A DNA stretch of 63,426 nucleotides from a bacterium (GTDB taxonomy: Bacteria; Patescibacteriota; Minisyncoccia; Phycocordibacterales; CAIZIN01), in the NCBI GenBank assembly GCA_031409775.1, contig JANNXY010000034.1, forward strand, positions 1 through 63,426. Reading direction: 5' to 3'. Shown here piece after piece: positions 44,902 to 53,345 of this stretch (its first letter is position 1; every line of letters starts with the position of its first letter). Under the pieces are notes generated by a model. It had not been told where the DNA came from. It searched no databases and saw only the letters and a program-made list of their open reading frames with translations. The translations under genes were made by a program, and so were the position numbers.

Positions 44902-46722
44902 ATGGGAATTTTAGATTTATTTAAAAGCAATAAGAAAGTAGAGGAGACCAAAATAACTTCTTTCTTACCACAAGACATATACGAGGCTGGGGCGCTAGAG
45001 CTCAAAGACATCATCGCTCCTAGTGCTCTCAAGATCACCCCACGTGCACTAAACCTCGGGGACAAAATAGTTCGAACATTCTTTATTATTTCTTATCCAC
45101 GTTACCTGGCCGAGGGTTGGTTCGCTCCGATAATCAACCTAGACAAGATATTTGATATATCAGTATTTATCCACCCCATAGATACTGCCAAGGTTCTACG
45201 AACATTTCAGAAGAAAGTAGCCGAGGTGCAGAGCCAGATACACGAGAGGGAGACCAAGGGTCTCGTGAGGGATCCCATGCTCGATACAGCGTACCAGGAC
45301 CTAGAGAACCTCCGCGACAAGCTCCAACAAGCCCAGGAGAGACTGTTCGATGTAGGATTATATATATCGATGTATGCAGAGACCGAGGCAGAGCTAGACA
45401 AAGTAGAGTCCGAAATACGTTCCATCCTCGAGGCACAGCTAGTATATGTGAAGCCAGCACTGTTCCAGCAGGAAGAGGGCTTCCGCACCGTGGCCCCGCT
45501 CGGCACAGACTTGCTCCAAGTTCATTCCAAGCTGAACTCCGAGCCACTATCTAGTATTTTCCCATTTATTTCATTTGACCTTACATCTGACAAGGGAATA
45601 CTATTCGGGATCAATAGACACAATGCTTCACTCATACTATTTGACAGATTCAGTCTAGAGAACTACAACTCTGTGACATTTGCCAAGGCCGGATCCGGTA
45701 AGTCATACGCTACGAAATTAGAAATCCTGCGCACACTCATGTTCGATACAGAGGTTATCGTGCTTGATCCAGAGAAGGAATACGAATTCCTAGCCGAAGC
45801 AACAGGTGGTAGATACTTCAACATATCGCTTACTTCCGAGCATCATATCAACCCGTTTGACCTACCACCTGCCCGCGAGGATGAGTCATCATCAGACGTT
45901 CTACGATCCAACATTGTAAACCTCGTAGGACTATTTCGCATCATGCTAGGGGGGCTCACTCCAGAAGAAGACGCTATCATCGACCGTGCCATTACAGAGA
46001 CCTATGCGCTCAAAGACATCACCCCTGAATCCGACTTCCACAATGTCGAGCCACCGCTTCTATCTGACTTCGAGCTAGTACTTGCTGGTATGGACGGGGC
46101 AGAGAGTTTGTCTCAGAAGATCACCAAATATACCAAAGGTACCTGGTCCGGGTTCATCAACCACCCAACCAACATCGATATCAACAAGAAATTCGTAGTG
46201 TTCTCTGTCCGTGATATGGAAGACGAGCTCAAGCCTGTGGCGATGTATATCATCACACACTTCATCTGGAACACCGTCCGCAAGGAATTAAAGAAGCGCC
46301 TACTCGTCATAGACGAGGCATGGTGGATGATGAAGTCAGAAGACACCGCATCATTCTTATACGGTCTTGCTAAGCGTTGCCGTAAATACTACCTCGGCCT
46401 ATCGACCATCACTCAGGATGTAGAGGACTTCCTACGCTCACCATATGGGGTGCCGATTATTACGAACTCTTCTATCCAGCTACTGCTAAAGCAGTCTCCG
46501 TCGTCTATCGATGTAGTGCAAAAGACATTTAACCTCACCGAAGAAGAAAAGTATCTGCTCCTAGAGTCTGATGTAGGCGAAGGCATTTTCTTTGCCGGCC
46601 TCAAGCACGTAGCTATAAAGATCAAATCCAGCTACACCGAGGACCAGATCATCACCTCGAACCCTTCGGAAGTATTGGCAATTAAAAAGGCAAAGGCTGA
46701 GTTTGAGGGGGCGAATAATTAA
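44902..46722 (+). CDS. virB4: VirB4/TrbE-family T4SS ATPase
   Basis: Walker A FAKAGSGKSY, Walker B RLLVIDEAWWMM, C-terminal LSTITQDVEDF. 606 aa. Confidence 0.85.
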   Translation: MGILDLFKSNKKVEETKITSFLPQDIYEAGALELKDIIAPSALKITPRALNLGDKIVRTFFIISYPRYLAEGWFAPIINLDKIFDISVFIHPIDTAKVLRTFQKKVAEVQSQIHERETKGLVRDPMLDTAYQDLENLRDKLQQAQERLFDVGLYISMYAETEAELDKVESEIRSILEAQLVYVKPALFQQEEGFRTVAPLGTDLLQVHSKLNSEPLSSIFPFISFDLTSDKGILFGINRHNASLILFDRFSLENYNSVTFAKAGSGKSYATKLEILRTLMFDTEVIVLDPEKEYEFLAEATGGRYFNISLTSEHHINPFDLPPAREDESSSDVLRSNIVNLVGLFRIMLGGLTPEEDAIIDRAITETYALKDITPESDFHNVEPPLLSDFELVLAGMDGAESLSQKITKYTKGTWSGFINHPTNIDINKKFVVFSVRDMEDELKPVAMYIITHFIWNTVRKELKKRLLVIDEAWWMMKSEDTASFLYGLAKRCRKYYLGLSTITQDVEDFLRSPYGVPIITNSSIQLLLKQSPSSIDVVQKTFNLTEEEKYLLLESDVGEGIFFAGLKHVAIKIKSSYTEDQIITSNPSEVLAIKKAKAEFEGANN

Positions 46723-46729
46723 CATCCCC

Positions 46730-47185
46730 ATGCGACAACGTATAACCCCAGCAGAAGATTTCCAAATGAAGCTCGTAGCGGCGGGCTTCGATGTGATTGG
46801 CTTGATCCTCGTTGTGACAGGAGTAGGCGGTACTGTCTGGGGACTGTTTGGTGATGGAGCATTTATGCTATGGTATTGGTCCAAGGGTATGCCAGTATGG
46901 AGGGGGAGAGCTGCGAAAAGGGCTGGGATAAACTTCCTGATTGAACTTGTGCCTATTTTAAATAATTTCTACCCAGGCTTCTCTATATTCGTCTGGGGAC
47001 AAAACAAGATGGTGATGGCAGAGGATGCAGAGTATAATAAAGCAGAGGAATACAAGGTAAAGGAAACTCGCTGGAAGCAGAGCGAGAATGCCCGTATAGC
47101 AGAGGAGGGTAGACAACAAAGTGTATTAGAACAAAATGCAATTAACCAAAACCAACAGAATGAACAAGATCAAATCGCTGCTTAG
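46730..47185 (+). CDS. small membrane protein with Q/N/E-rich tail
   Basis: Two TM helices (VIGLILVVTGVGGTVWGLF; LIELVPILNNFYPGFSIFVW). Start chosen at the ATG at 46730. Confidence 0.45.
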   Translation: MRQRITPAEDFQMKLVAAGFDVIGLILVVTGVGGTVWGLFGDGAFMLWYWSKGMPVWRGRAAKRAGINFLIELVPILNNFYPGFSIFVWGQNKMVMAEDAEYNKAEEYKVKETRWKQSENARIAEEGRQQSVLEQNAINQNQQNEQDQIAA

Positions 47186-48179
47186 TCTGGTTGTGGTTGT
47201 TGGATTGGCTATTTCTACCAATTTTATTTATGCACAAACATCTGTTATCGCCCCACCGGGGGTAAACGACCAAATATCTGCAACCATAACACCAGAGATT
47301 CCTGGCCCAGATGCACCAGTAAGTATATTTATCGAGAGCTTCAGTGCAGATCTACAGAAGTCATATATAGTATGGCAAGTAAACGGCGTGACCCGTACCG
47401 AGGGAGCAGGACTAACAACATTTAACTTTGTAAATGGTGCAATAGGCAGCCTCACAACCATCACGGTATCTATCGACACTTCGGACAATAGATTTATTAC
47501 CAAATCATTTACCTTCCGCCCCGCTTCGGTAAACCTCATCTACGAAGGTCTCACCTACACTCCACCATTCTATCGAGGTAAGGCCCTGTTTAGCCCACAA
47601 TCATCTGTCAAAGTTGTAGCGCTACCACACATAATCCTAGAGTCTGGTGCCAAGGCCAATCCGTCAAACCTAGTATATACCTGGAAGAAAGATGGCAAAG
47701 TGATCCAGGAATCGTCCGGGTTCGGTAGACAATCTATCGTGATCGACAGCCCCATCATCACCCGACCGATGACAGTTACAGCAGAGATAACAGCTGTAGG
47801 TAGCAATGTAAAAACATCCCAGACTATAGAGATCACACCTACGGAACCTGAAGTTATATTCTACGAGAACAATCTACTATCTGGTGTACAGTGGAATCAG
47901 TCACTTGGCGACAGGGTGTTTCTAAATGCCAAAGAAATACAAGTTCAAGCCGAGCCTTACTACTTCTCTGTACCATTTGCACAGACAGGAGACCTACGAT
48001 ACACATGGGGGCTAAATGGTTCCAAGGTAAATCTCCCACAGAATCAGAATTTCATCGGTCTGCGCAACGAGTTGGATTCTTCTGGAAGTGCCAGAATATC
48101 ACTAACTCTAGAAAGTGGTTCCAAGATCCTCCAAGCAATACAAAAGAACTTGATACTAGAATTCTCTTCGCAGAATTGA
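47160..48179 (+). CDS. secreted hypothetical protein
   Basis: Signal peptide MNKIKSLLSLVVVVGLAISTNFIYAQ. Beta-rich sequence. Confidence 0.5.
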   Translation: MNKIKSLLSLVVVVGLAISTNFIYAQTSVIAPPGVNDQISATITPEIPGPDAPVSIFIESFSADLQKSYIVWQVNGVTRTEGAGLTTFNFVNGAIGSLTTITVSIDTSDNRFITKSFTFRPASVNLIYEGLTYTPPFYRGKALFSPQSSVKVVALPHIILESGAKANPSNLVYTWKKDGKVIQESSGFGRQSIVIDSPIITRPMTVTAEITAVGSNVKTSQTIEITPTEPEVIFYENNLLSGVQWNQSLGDRVFLNAKEIQVQAEPYYFSVPFAQTGDLRYTWGLNGSKVNLPQNQNFIGLRNELDSSGSARISLTLESGSKILQAIQKNLILEFSSQN

Positions 48180-48184
48180 TAATT

Positions 48185-49117
48185 ATGGCTACAAACTACA
48201 TCCCACTAACTTCTGGTTTCCCGGCATCAGTCTCTGTACAGGGTGATGGAGCAGGGCTAGCTTCGTTTGTAAACACAGCTTTCACCATAACGATCGGCCT
48301 AGTAGGGATACTTGCAGTGCTCATGATCATCTGGGGAGGGGTACAGTATGTCTCTACTGATGCTTGGTCAGGCAAAGAAGATGGCAAGAAGAAGATCCAA
48401 GCAGCACTAGGTGGACTTATACTTGCTCTGTCTACGTATCTCATACTCAATACTATAGATCCGAATCTCACCAAACTCACGTTCGAGGTGAAGCCTGTGG
48501 AGCTACGAGAAGCAGCGGGGGTCATAGTAGTCGACGGCCAAGCAGGTGACCCGGATTATGATCTGAATGAAAGCATTCACCTAGACCCAAGCGGTGGTGC
48601 AGTAGCCACAGAGGGTCCGACAGTAGAGACGAGTCTAGACGAAGGTTGCCAAGGCCTATCGGACTATAGGGCAGGGGGATATGTAGCAGCAAAGGACAAG
48701 GATAACGAAGTTGGGTCTGTTAGCCCGAGCATTGCCTGGCTTATGCAAGCCGTGCCAAAGAAATGGCCAGGACTGCAAGTATACAGTGGGTACAGGGGTC
48801 TCAAGCGAAACCTAATGAGTGCATATGGGGCATCCGAATCAACAGCCAACGCAGTGATAGCCGAACTCGCTAGAACAGACGGGAGTTATGCTGCTAGAGT
48901 TGGGATAGCTGCCAAATATGGTCTAAAAAAAGCGGCACTTACATCATTACATGTACGTGGTCTGGCGGTAGACTTCGGAGGACCAGGGCTATCAACAGGA
49001 CAGGCAGACGAGCTCCAAGCTTGGGCCAAGGCTGACCCATGCAGGATTGGGTTTGGGGAAATCCTATGGAGATCTCCGGGGCATACTAACCATATCCACC
49101 TAGGGGTCAGAAATTAA
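48185..49117 (+). CDS. T4SS pilin-like (TrbC/VirB2-type) N-terminal module fused to an M15-type zinc peptidase domain
   Basis: N-terminus LVGILAVLMIIWGGVQYVSTDAWSGKEDGKKKIQAALGGLILALSTYLILNTI is a T4SS-pilin hairpin. C-terminus has SGYRG, LHVRGLAVDF, GHTNHIHLG (H-x-D / HxH metal ligands). Track ORF upstream extension rejected. Confidence 0.6.
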   Translation: MATNYIPLTSGFPASVSVQGDGAGLASFVNTAFTITIGLVGILAVLMIIWGGVQYVSTDAWSGKEDGKKKIQAALGGLILALSTYLILNTIDPNLTKLTFEVKPVELREAAGVIVVDGQAGDPDYDLNESIHLDPSGGAVATEGPTVETSLDEGCQGLSDYRAGGYVAAKDKDNEVGSVSPSIAWLMQAVPKKWPGLQVYSGYRGLKRNLMSAYGASESTANAVIAELARTDGSYAARVGIAAKYGLKKAALTSLHVRGLAVDFGGPGLSTGQADELQAWAKADPCRIGFGEILWRSPGHTNHIHLGVRN

Positions 49118-49145
49118 AATTGATTTGATGATAGAATAAAGCAAT

Positions 49146-50423
49146 ATGAATAAAAAATCTTTTATTGGGATAATTATAGGAATATTGGTAGGGATCTTGA
49201 TTATCGGACTTATTTATTTCTTTTTCTTTTCTACTACTACCGACCAGAGCGGTAACCAAACGAGCCGTAACCCGTTTGCATCATTTTTCGGTGATGCAGA
49301 AACTCCAGTTGATGACCAGATAATAGACGATTCTCCCAACTTTGATAATCTACCCGATCTACCAGTAGAGGATGGGGTTGTATTGATACCCAAGCTACGT
49401 AACCTGAGCAACGAACCTATAAGTGGGTACACATCATTTATCCGTAGGGCAACAAGCACTACCACAACCACCGAGGCCGCTGTGAGGTACATGAATGTGT
49501 ATGCGGGACACATATTCGACACCAGCGACAGAACTCTCGAGTCTACACGTATCTCCAACACAACATATCCCAAGACTTATGAATCATTCTTCTTTGGCTC
49601 TTCTACAGTAGTAGCTAGGATATATGACGATGTTATAGGCTCGATCGATACGTTCCTAGGAAGTCTAGAGAAATCCAACTCGACTTCTACAACAGACACA
49701 GAATTCATACTCAAAGGCACATTTCTAAATAAAAACATCGCAACGGTTGTCGTAAGTAATACAAAACTATTCAACTTCTACAAATCTAACTCCGGGGGTA
49801 CAGGTTATGTACAGACTCCACAGAGGAATGGTGTGAGCAAAGAGGTACGAGTATACGACACACCTTTCTCGTCTTGGAATTTCGAGTGGATAAACAATGA
49901 TGTTATCAACGCTCTGACCAAGTCATCTGGTGGGGAACTGGGTTATATGTTCTCGGTCAACACTGTTACTGGTGCACAGAATCAGATCCTCGGACCCATA
50001 TCTGGACTAGTTGCCAAGTCAAACAGTGACCAGAGTGGAGTTGTATACAACAGGATTCTCACCGGAACTATAGAGACGTTTTATAGAAATATTAAAGACG
50101 GCACCATAATACAACTTCTATCCAACACTATCGTAGATAAATGTGTCTGGAGCAAGTCTGTTAAGACCACTCTGTACTGTGCCGTTCCTGAGTCATTCCC
50201 CAGAGCCACCTATCCAGATGACTGGTACAAAGGTAAAATCACTTTCTCTGATGCTATAGTGAGGATTGATATGGACAAGATCACAGAGACTCGTATCGTA
50301 AACCTCCGTGATGTATCAGGTGTGTCGATAGATGCTACAAACCTGACGCTTAGCCCCACCGAAGATTATCTATATTTTGTAAACAAAACCGATTCCAACT
50401 TGTGGAGCTTAGAGGTTAAATAG
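49146..50423 (+). CDS. membrane-anchored hypothetical protein (beta-rich ectodomain)
   Basis: N-terminal TM IIGILVGILIIGLIYFFFF. 425 aa. Confidence 0.5.
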   Translation: MNKKSFIGIIIGILVGILIIGLIYFFFFSTTTDQSGNQTSRNPFASFFGDAETPVDDQIIDDSPNFDNLPDLPVEDGVVLIPKLRNLSNEPISGYTSFIRRATSTTTTTEAAVRYMNVYAGHIFDTSDRTLESTRISNTTYPKTYESFFFGSSTVVARIYDDVIGSIDTFLGSLEKSNSTSTTDTEFILKGTFLNKNIATVVVSNTKLFNFYKSNSGGTGYVQTPQRNGVSKEVRVYDTPFSSWNFEWINNDVINALTKSSGGELGYMFSVNTVTGAQNQILGPISGLVAKSNSDQSGVVYNRILTGTIETFYRNIKDGTIIQLLSNTIVDKCVWSKSVKTTLYCAVPESFPRATYPDDWYKGKITFSDAIVRIDMDKITETRIVNLRDVSGVSIDATNLTLSPTEDYLYFVNKTDSNLWSLEVK

Positions 50424-51144
50424 CTTTCTTCTTCCTCAGATACAACTCTTGACCAATCATAAACAAGTTACCTACTATCCAATACAGAGGGAGTACAGCG
50501 ATCACAGAGGCAGAAACAACAGTCATAATAACAGGGAACACATACTTCATCTGGATCTGGAGACCTTTCATAAAATCATTGGAAAATGATTTGTTGTTGG
50601 GATCGATCTCGATTTTCCCACTACCGCTGAAAGCGAATTTGGCCTGGAAGAACTGGGTAATTCCCACAAGCAGTGCCGCCACAATACTTTTCTCTGCTAC
50701 ATTGAATACACCCAATAGCTCCATATTGGGGCTTGGTGGGATAGATATAAACGGATACAAAAGATCAACCTGGATCATTGGTAAACCTTTAGAAAATATA
50801 AAGTATAGTGCAAACACGAGTGGGATCTGGATAAGTATAGTGAGAAATCCGGCGAATGGGTTGATGTTGTTCCTTTTGTATACTGCCATAGTCTCTAGGG
50901 CTAGTTTCTCCCGGTTTTCTTTGCTTTGATATTGCTTTTTTAGGGCATCTATCTCTTTCTGAACACCTTTGACCTTGGTCTGAGTCTCTAGCGCCTTCTG
51001 TGATAGTGGAAATAGAATTAGCTTTACAAATATAGTCAGTATTATCACTGCGAGCCCTACATCTGCTGTTGGTATTATGTCGATGAGAAAAACCAGCGCG
51101 TTGTATAGTGGGTCGTAGAAGAAAAGATGAAAAAGGTATGACAT
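50416..51144 (-). CDS. yidC: membrane protein insertase YidC (short form)
   Basis: FPLSQKALETQTKVKGVQKEIDALKKQY and NPFAGFLTILIQIPLVFALY. Position next to rnpA-rpmH. Confidence 0.9.
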   Translation of the reverse strand: MSYLFHLFFYDPLYNALVFLIDIIPTADVGLAVIILTIFVKLILFPLSQKALETQTKVKGVQKEIDALKKQYQSKENREKLALETMAVYKRNNINPFAGFLTILIQIPLVFALYFIFSKGLPMIQVDLLYPFISIPPSPNMELLGVFNVAEKSIVAALLVGITQFFQAKFAFSGSGKIEIDPNNKSFSNDFMKGLQIQMKYVFPVIMTVVSASVIAVLPLYWIVGNLFMIGQELYLRKKKAI

Positions 51145-51153
51145 AATTTAAAT

Positions 51154-51477
51154 TTATTTTAAAATCCTACTTAAGTCATCTATTATACCTTGGACCAGGT
51201 CTTTGTGGGAAATCTCGTTTATTTGCTTGGTTTTACAATTGAGAATAACCGAGCCTTGGGGGATTGATTCGAACCTTTCTAGCACACCGAACACCCTTCT
51301 CTTCATCCTATGACGTAATACACTGCTTTTTTCAATTTTCTTTGGTACGACCACAGCTACCCTGGAAGGTCCATGTGGGAAATGGGTTACTAGTATATAC
51401 TTTCCTGCGAATTTACGCCCATTTATAAAGGCCTTTTGGAATTCCTCGGTACTGAGGCGCCGGGTTCTAGGTAGCAT
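51154..51477 (-). CDS. rnpA: ribonuclease P protein component
   Basis: 107 aa, basic. RLSTEEFQKAF...VVPKKIEKSSVLRHRMKRR. Canonical rpmH-rnpA-yidC order. Confidence 0.85.
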   Translation of the reverse strand: MLPRTRRLSTEEFQKAFINGRKFAGKYILVTHFPHGPSRVAVVVPKKIEKSSVLRHRMKRRVFGVLERFESIPQGSVILNCKTKQINEISHKDLVQGIIDDLSRILK

Positions 51478-51490
51478 TATTGTGGTGATA

Positions 51491-51649
51491 TTACTTGGAT
51501 CTCTGGAGCTTCTTGGAAACAGTTAGGGAAGCGCGTCCTTTGCGGCGGCGGCGAAGCAGAACTTTCTTGCCAGTAGCAGATTTGGACCTCACTAGGAATC
51601 CGTGGGTAGTTGCTCTCTTTCTTTTTTTTGGTTTATAGGTGAATGACAT
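51491..51649 (-). CDS. rpmH: 50S ribosomal protein L34
   Basis: Hand translation MSFTYKPKKRKRATTHGFLVRSKSATGKKVLLRRRRKGRASLTV... (52 aa, below the ORF-track cutoff). Confidence 0.9.
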   Translation of the reverse strand: MSFTYKPKKRKRATTHGFLVRSKSATGKKVLLRRRRKGRASLTVSKKLQRSK

Positions 51650-51728
51650 AATTTAAAGGTTATAGATATAGTATTAACATATTCACAGCTGTTTCACAAG
51701 TGTTCATTGCAGAGATAGGACTTATAAT

Positions 51729-53087
51729 ATGCACATGCTTGAAAATACAAAACTGTGGGAAACAGCATTAAATGAAATCGAGTTATCGGTATCCAAAGCC
51801 AACTTCAACACTTGGTTCAAAGATACATTCATACTACGTGAGGACGGGGGTGTGGTCGAGCTCGGTGTCCCCAACCTTTTTGTCAAAGACTGGCTCCACA
51901 AGAAATATCACTCTTTTATACTTAAAACTCTCCGTGATACAGCAGAGCATATACGTGCTGTAGAGTACATCATAGCCCCACCGAGCAAGAAAGAATCGGT
52001 CCAGAACATCCTGGTCACTCATAACAAGCAGAGTCAGGAACTCCCGCTCGGTGAGAACATCAACAAAGACGATAATCTGAACCCTAAATACACATTTGAG
52101 TCGTTTGTGGTAGGGCCATTCAACGAGCTGGCTCACGCAGCTGCCCAAGCCATCATCAGAGAGCCTGGTGCTATATACAACCCATTCTTTATCTACGGCA
52201 ACACAGGTCATGGTAAGACACACCTACTCCAAGCTGTGGGCAACCATATCAAACATATCTATAGGGACAAGAAAGTTCACTATATCACCTCGGAAAAATT
52301 TACCTCTGATCTAGTAACATCTATCCAGACCAATAAAATCGCTAGTTTCAAGGATAAATTTAGGAGGTTTGATGTTCTAATCATGGACGATGTGCAGTTT
52401 GTTTCTGGCAAAGACAAGACCCAGGAGGAACTATTTCATCTATTTAATTCCCTGTTCGAGAACAACAAACAAATCATCTTTTCTGCTGACAAACACCCCA
52501 ACTTTATCTCTGGTTTAGAAGAGAGGCTCCTGTCTAGGTTCAAACAAGGTATGGTGATAGACATCCCCAAACCAGATCATGAGAGCAGGATGGCAATACT
52601 GTCCGCCAAAGCCAGGTTTATGAACATATCACTGGCCAGTGATATAGTGAGCTTCCTCGCAAGCGAAATAGAGGGCAATATACGCGAACTAGAAGGAGTC
52701 CTAAATACTATCAGCTGTCACTTGAGGCTCAAACAAAAGGATATGACCCTCCTAGAAATTCAGAATTTGATAAAAAACAATTCCAAACCAAAGAAAGCTA
52801 TCTCGATCAAAGATCTGATCAAAATAATCGCCAACTTCTACAATATAGAAGAAAGTGCTATCGCCAACAAAACCCGTCGCAAAGAAGTAGTGAAGCCCCG
52901 CCAAATAATTATGTATATCTTACGTGAAGACTTCAACATATCCTATCCGACGATAGGGGAGAAGCTAGGTGGTCGCGATCACACCACCGTCATACATTCC
53001 TGTGAAAAGATAAAGACAGAGATAAAGACCAACAACTCCCTAGTCCAAGAAATAAACCAGATCCGCTCCCTCCTAAAGAGTGATTAG
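51729..53087 (+). CDS. dnaA: chromosomal replication initiator DnaA
   Basis: Walker A IYGNTGHGKTHLLQA, Walker B LIMDDVQF, C-terminal DNA-binding domain RQIIMYILRE...GGRDHTTVIHS. The second ATG (51735) lies 6 nt after TATAAT. Confidence 0.95.
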   Translation: MHMLENTKLWETALNEIELSVSKANFNTWFKDTFILREDGGVVELGVPNLFVKDWLHKKYHSFILKTLRDTAEHIRAVEYIIAPPSKKESVQNILVTHNKQSQELPLGENINKDDNLNPKYTFESFVVGPFNELAHAAAQAIIREPGAIYNPFFIYGNTGHGKTHLLQAVGNHIKHIYRDKKVHYITSEKFTSDLVTSIQTNKIASFKDKFRRFDVLIMDDVQFVSGKDKTQEELFHLFNSLFENNKQIIFSADKHPNFISGLEERLLSRFKQGMVIDIPKPDHESRMAILSAKARFMNISLASDIVSFLASEIEGNIRELEGVLNTISCHLRLKQKDMTLLEIQNLIKNNSKPKKAISIKDLIKIIANFYNIEESAIANKTRRKEVVKPRQIIMYILREDFNISYPTIGEKLGGRDHTTVIHSCEKIKTEIKTNNSLVQEINQIRSLLKSD

Positions 53088-53111
53088 TCCTGCGTGTAAT
53101 ATGTATAACTA

Positions 53112-53170
53112 TGTGGATAGGTAGTGGACAAACTGTATAAAATAGCTGAATATAAAGACAGTTATCCACA
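53112..53170. promoter_or_regulatory. DnaA-box cluster (oriC candidate) between dnaA and dnaN
   Basis: TGTGGATAG (53112-53120, 8/9), AGTGGACAA (53123-53131, 7/9), perfect TTATCCACA (53162-53170). AT-rich tract at about 53290-53345. Confidence 0.6.
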
Positions 53171-53345
53171 GGTTTAGTAATTAGTCTCAGAGTTATTCGG
53201 TTTGGTGGTGGGGTTGTGGGCTGGTTGTGGGACCATGATTTCTCAAAAATCCTTTGTTTACAAGGTTTGTAGAGATGTCCACTTATCAACAGCCCTAATA
53301 ATAGTAATAAGTATTTATATAACAATTCTATTAATTACATACTAT

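Noticed and set aside
47891-48184. Upstream 98-codon extension of the pilin-peptidase ORF
   Set aside because: It overlaps the 3' end of the secreted-protein gene 47160-48179 in another frame. The pilin-like module starts at the ATG at 48185, right after that gene's stop.
53202-53345. Upstream extension of dnaN (track start 53202)
   Set aside because: It covers the DnaA-box/AT-rich origin spacer. The beta clamp aligns from MRAECLKEKL (53346).
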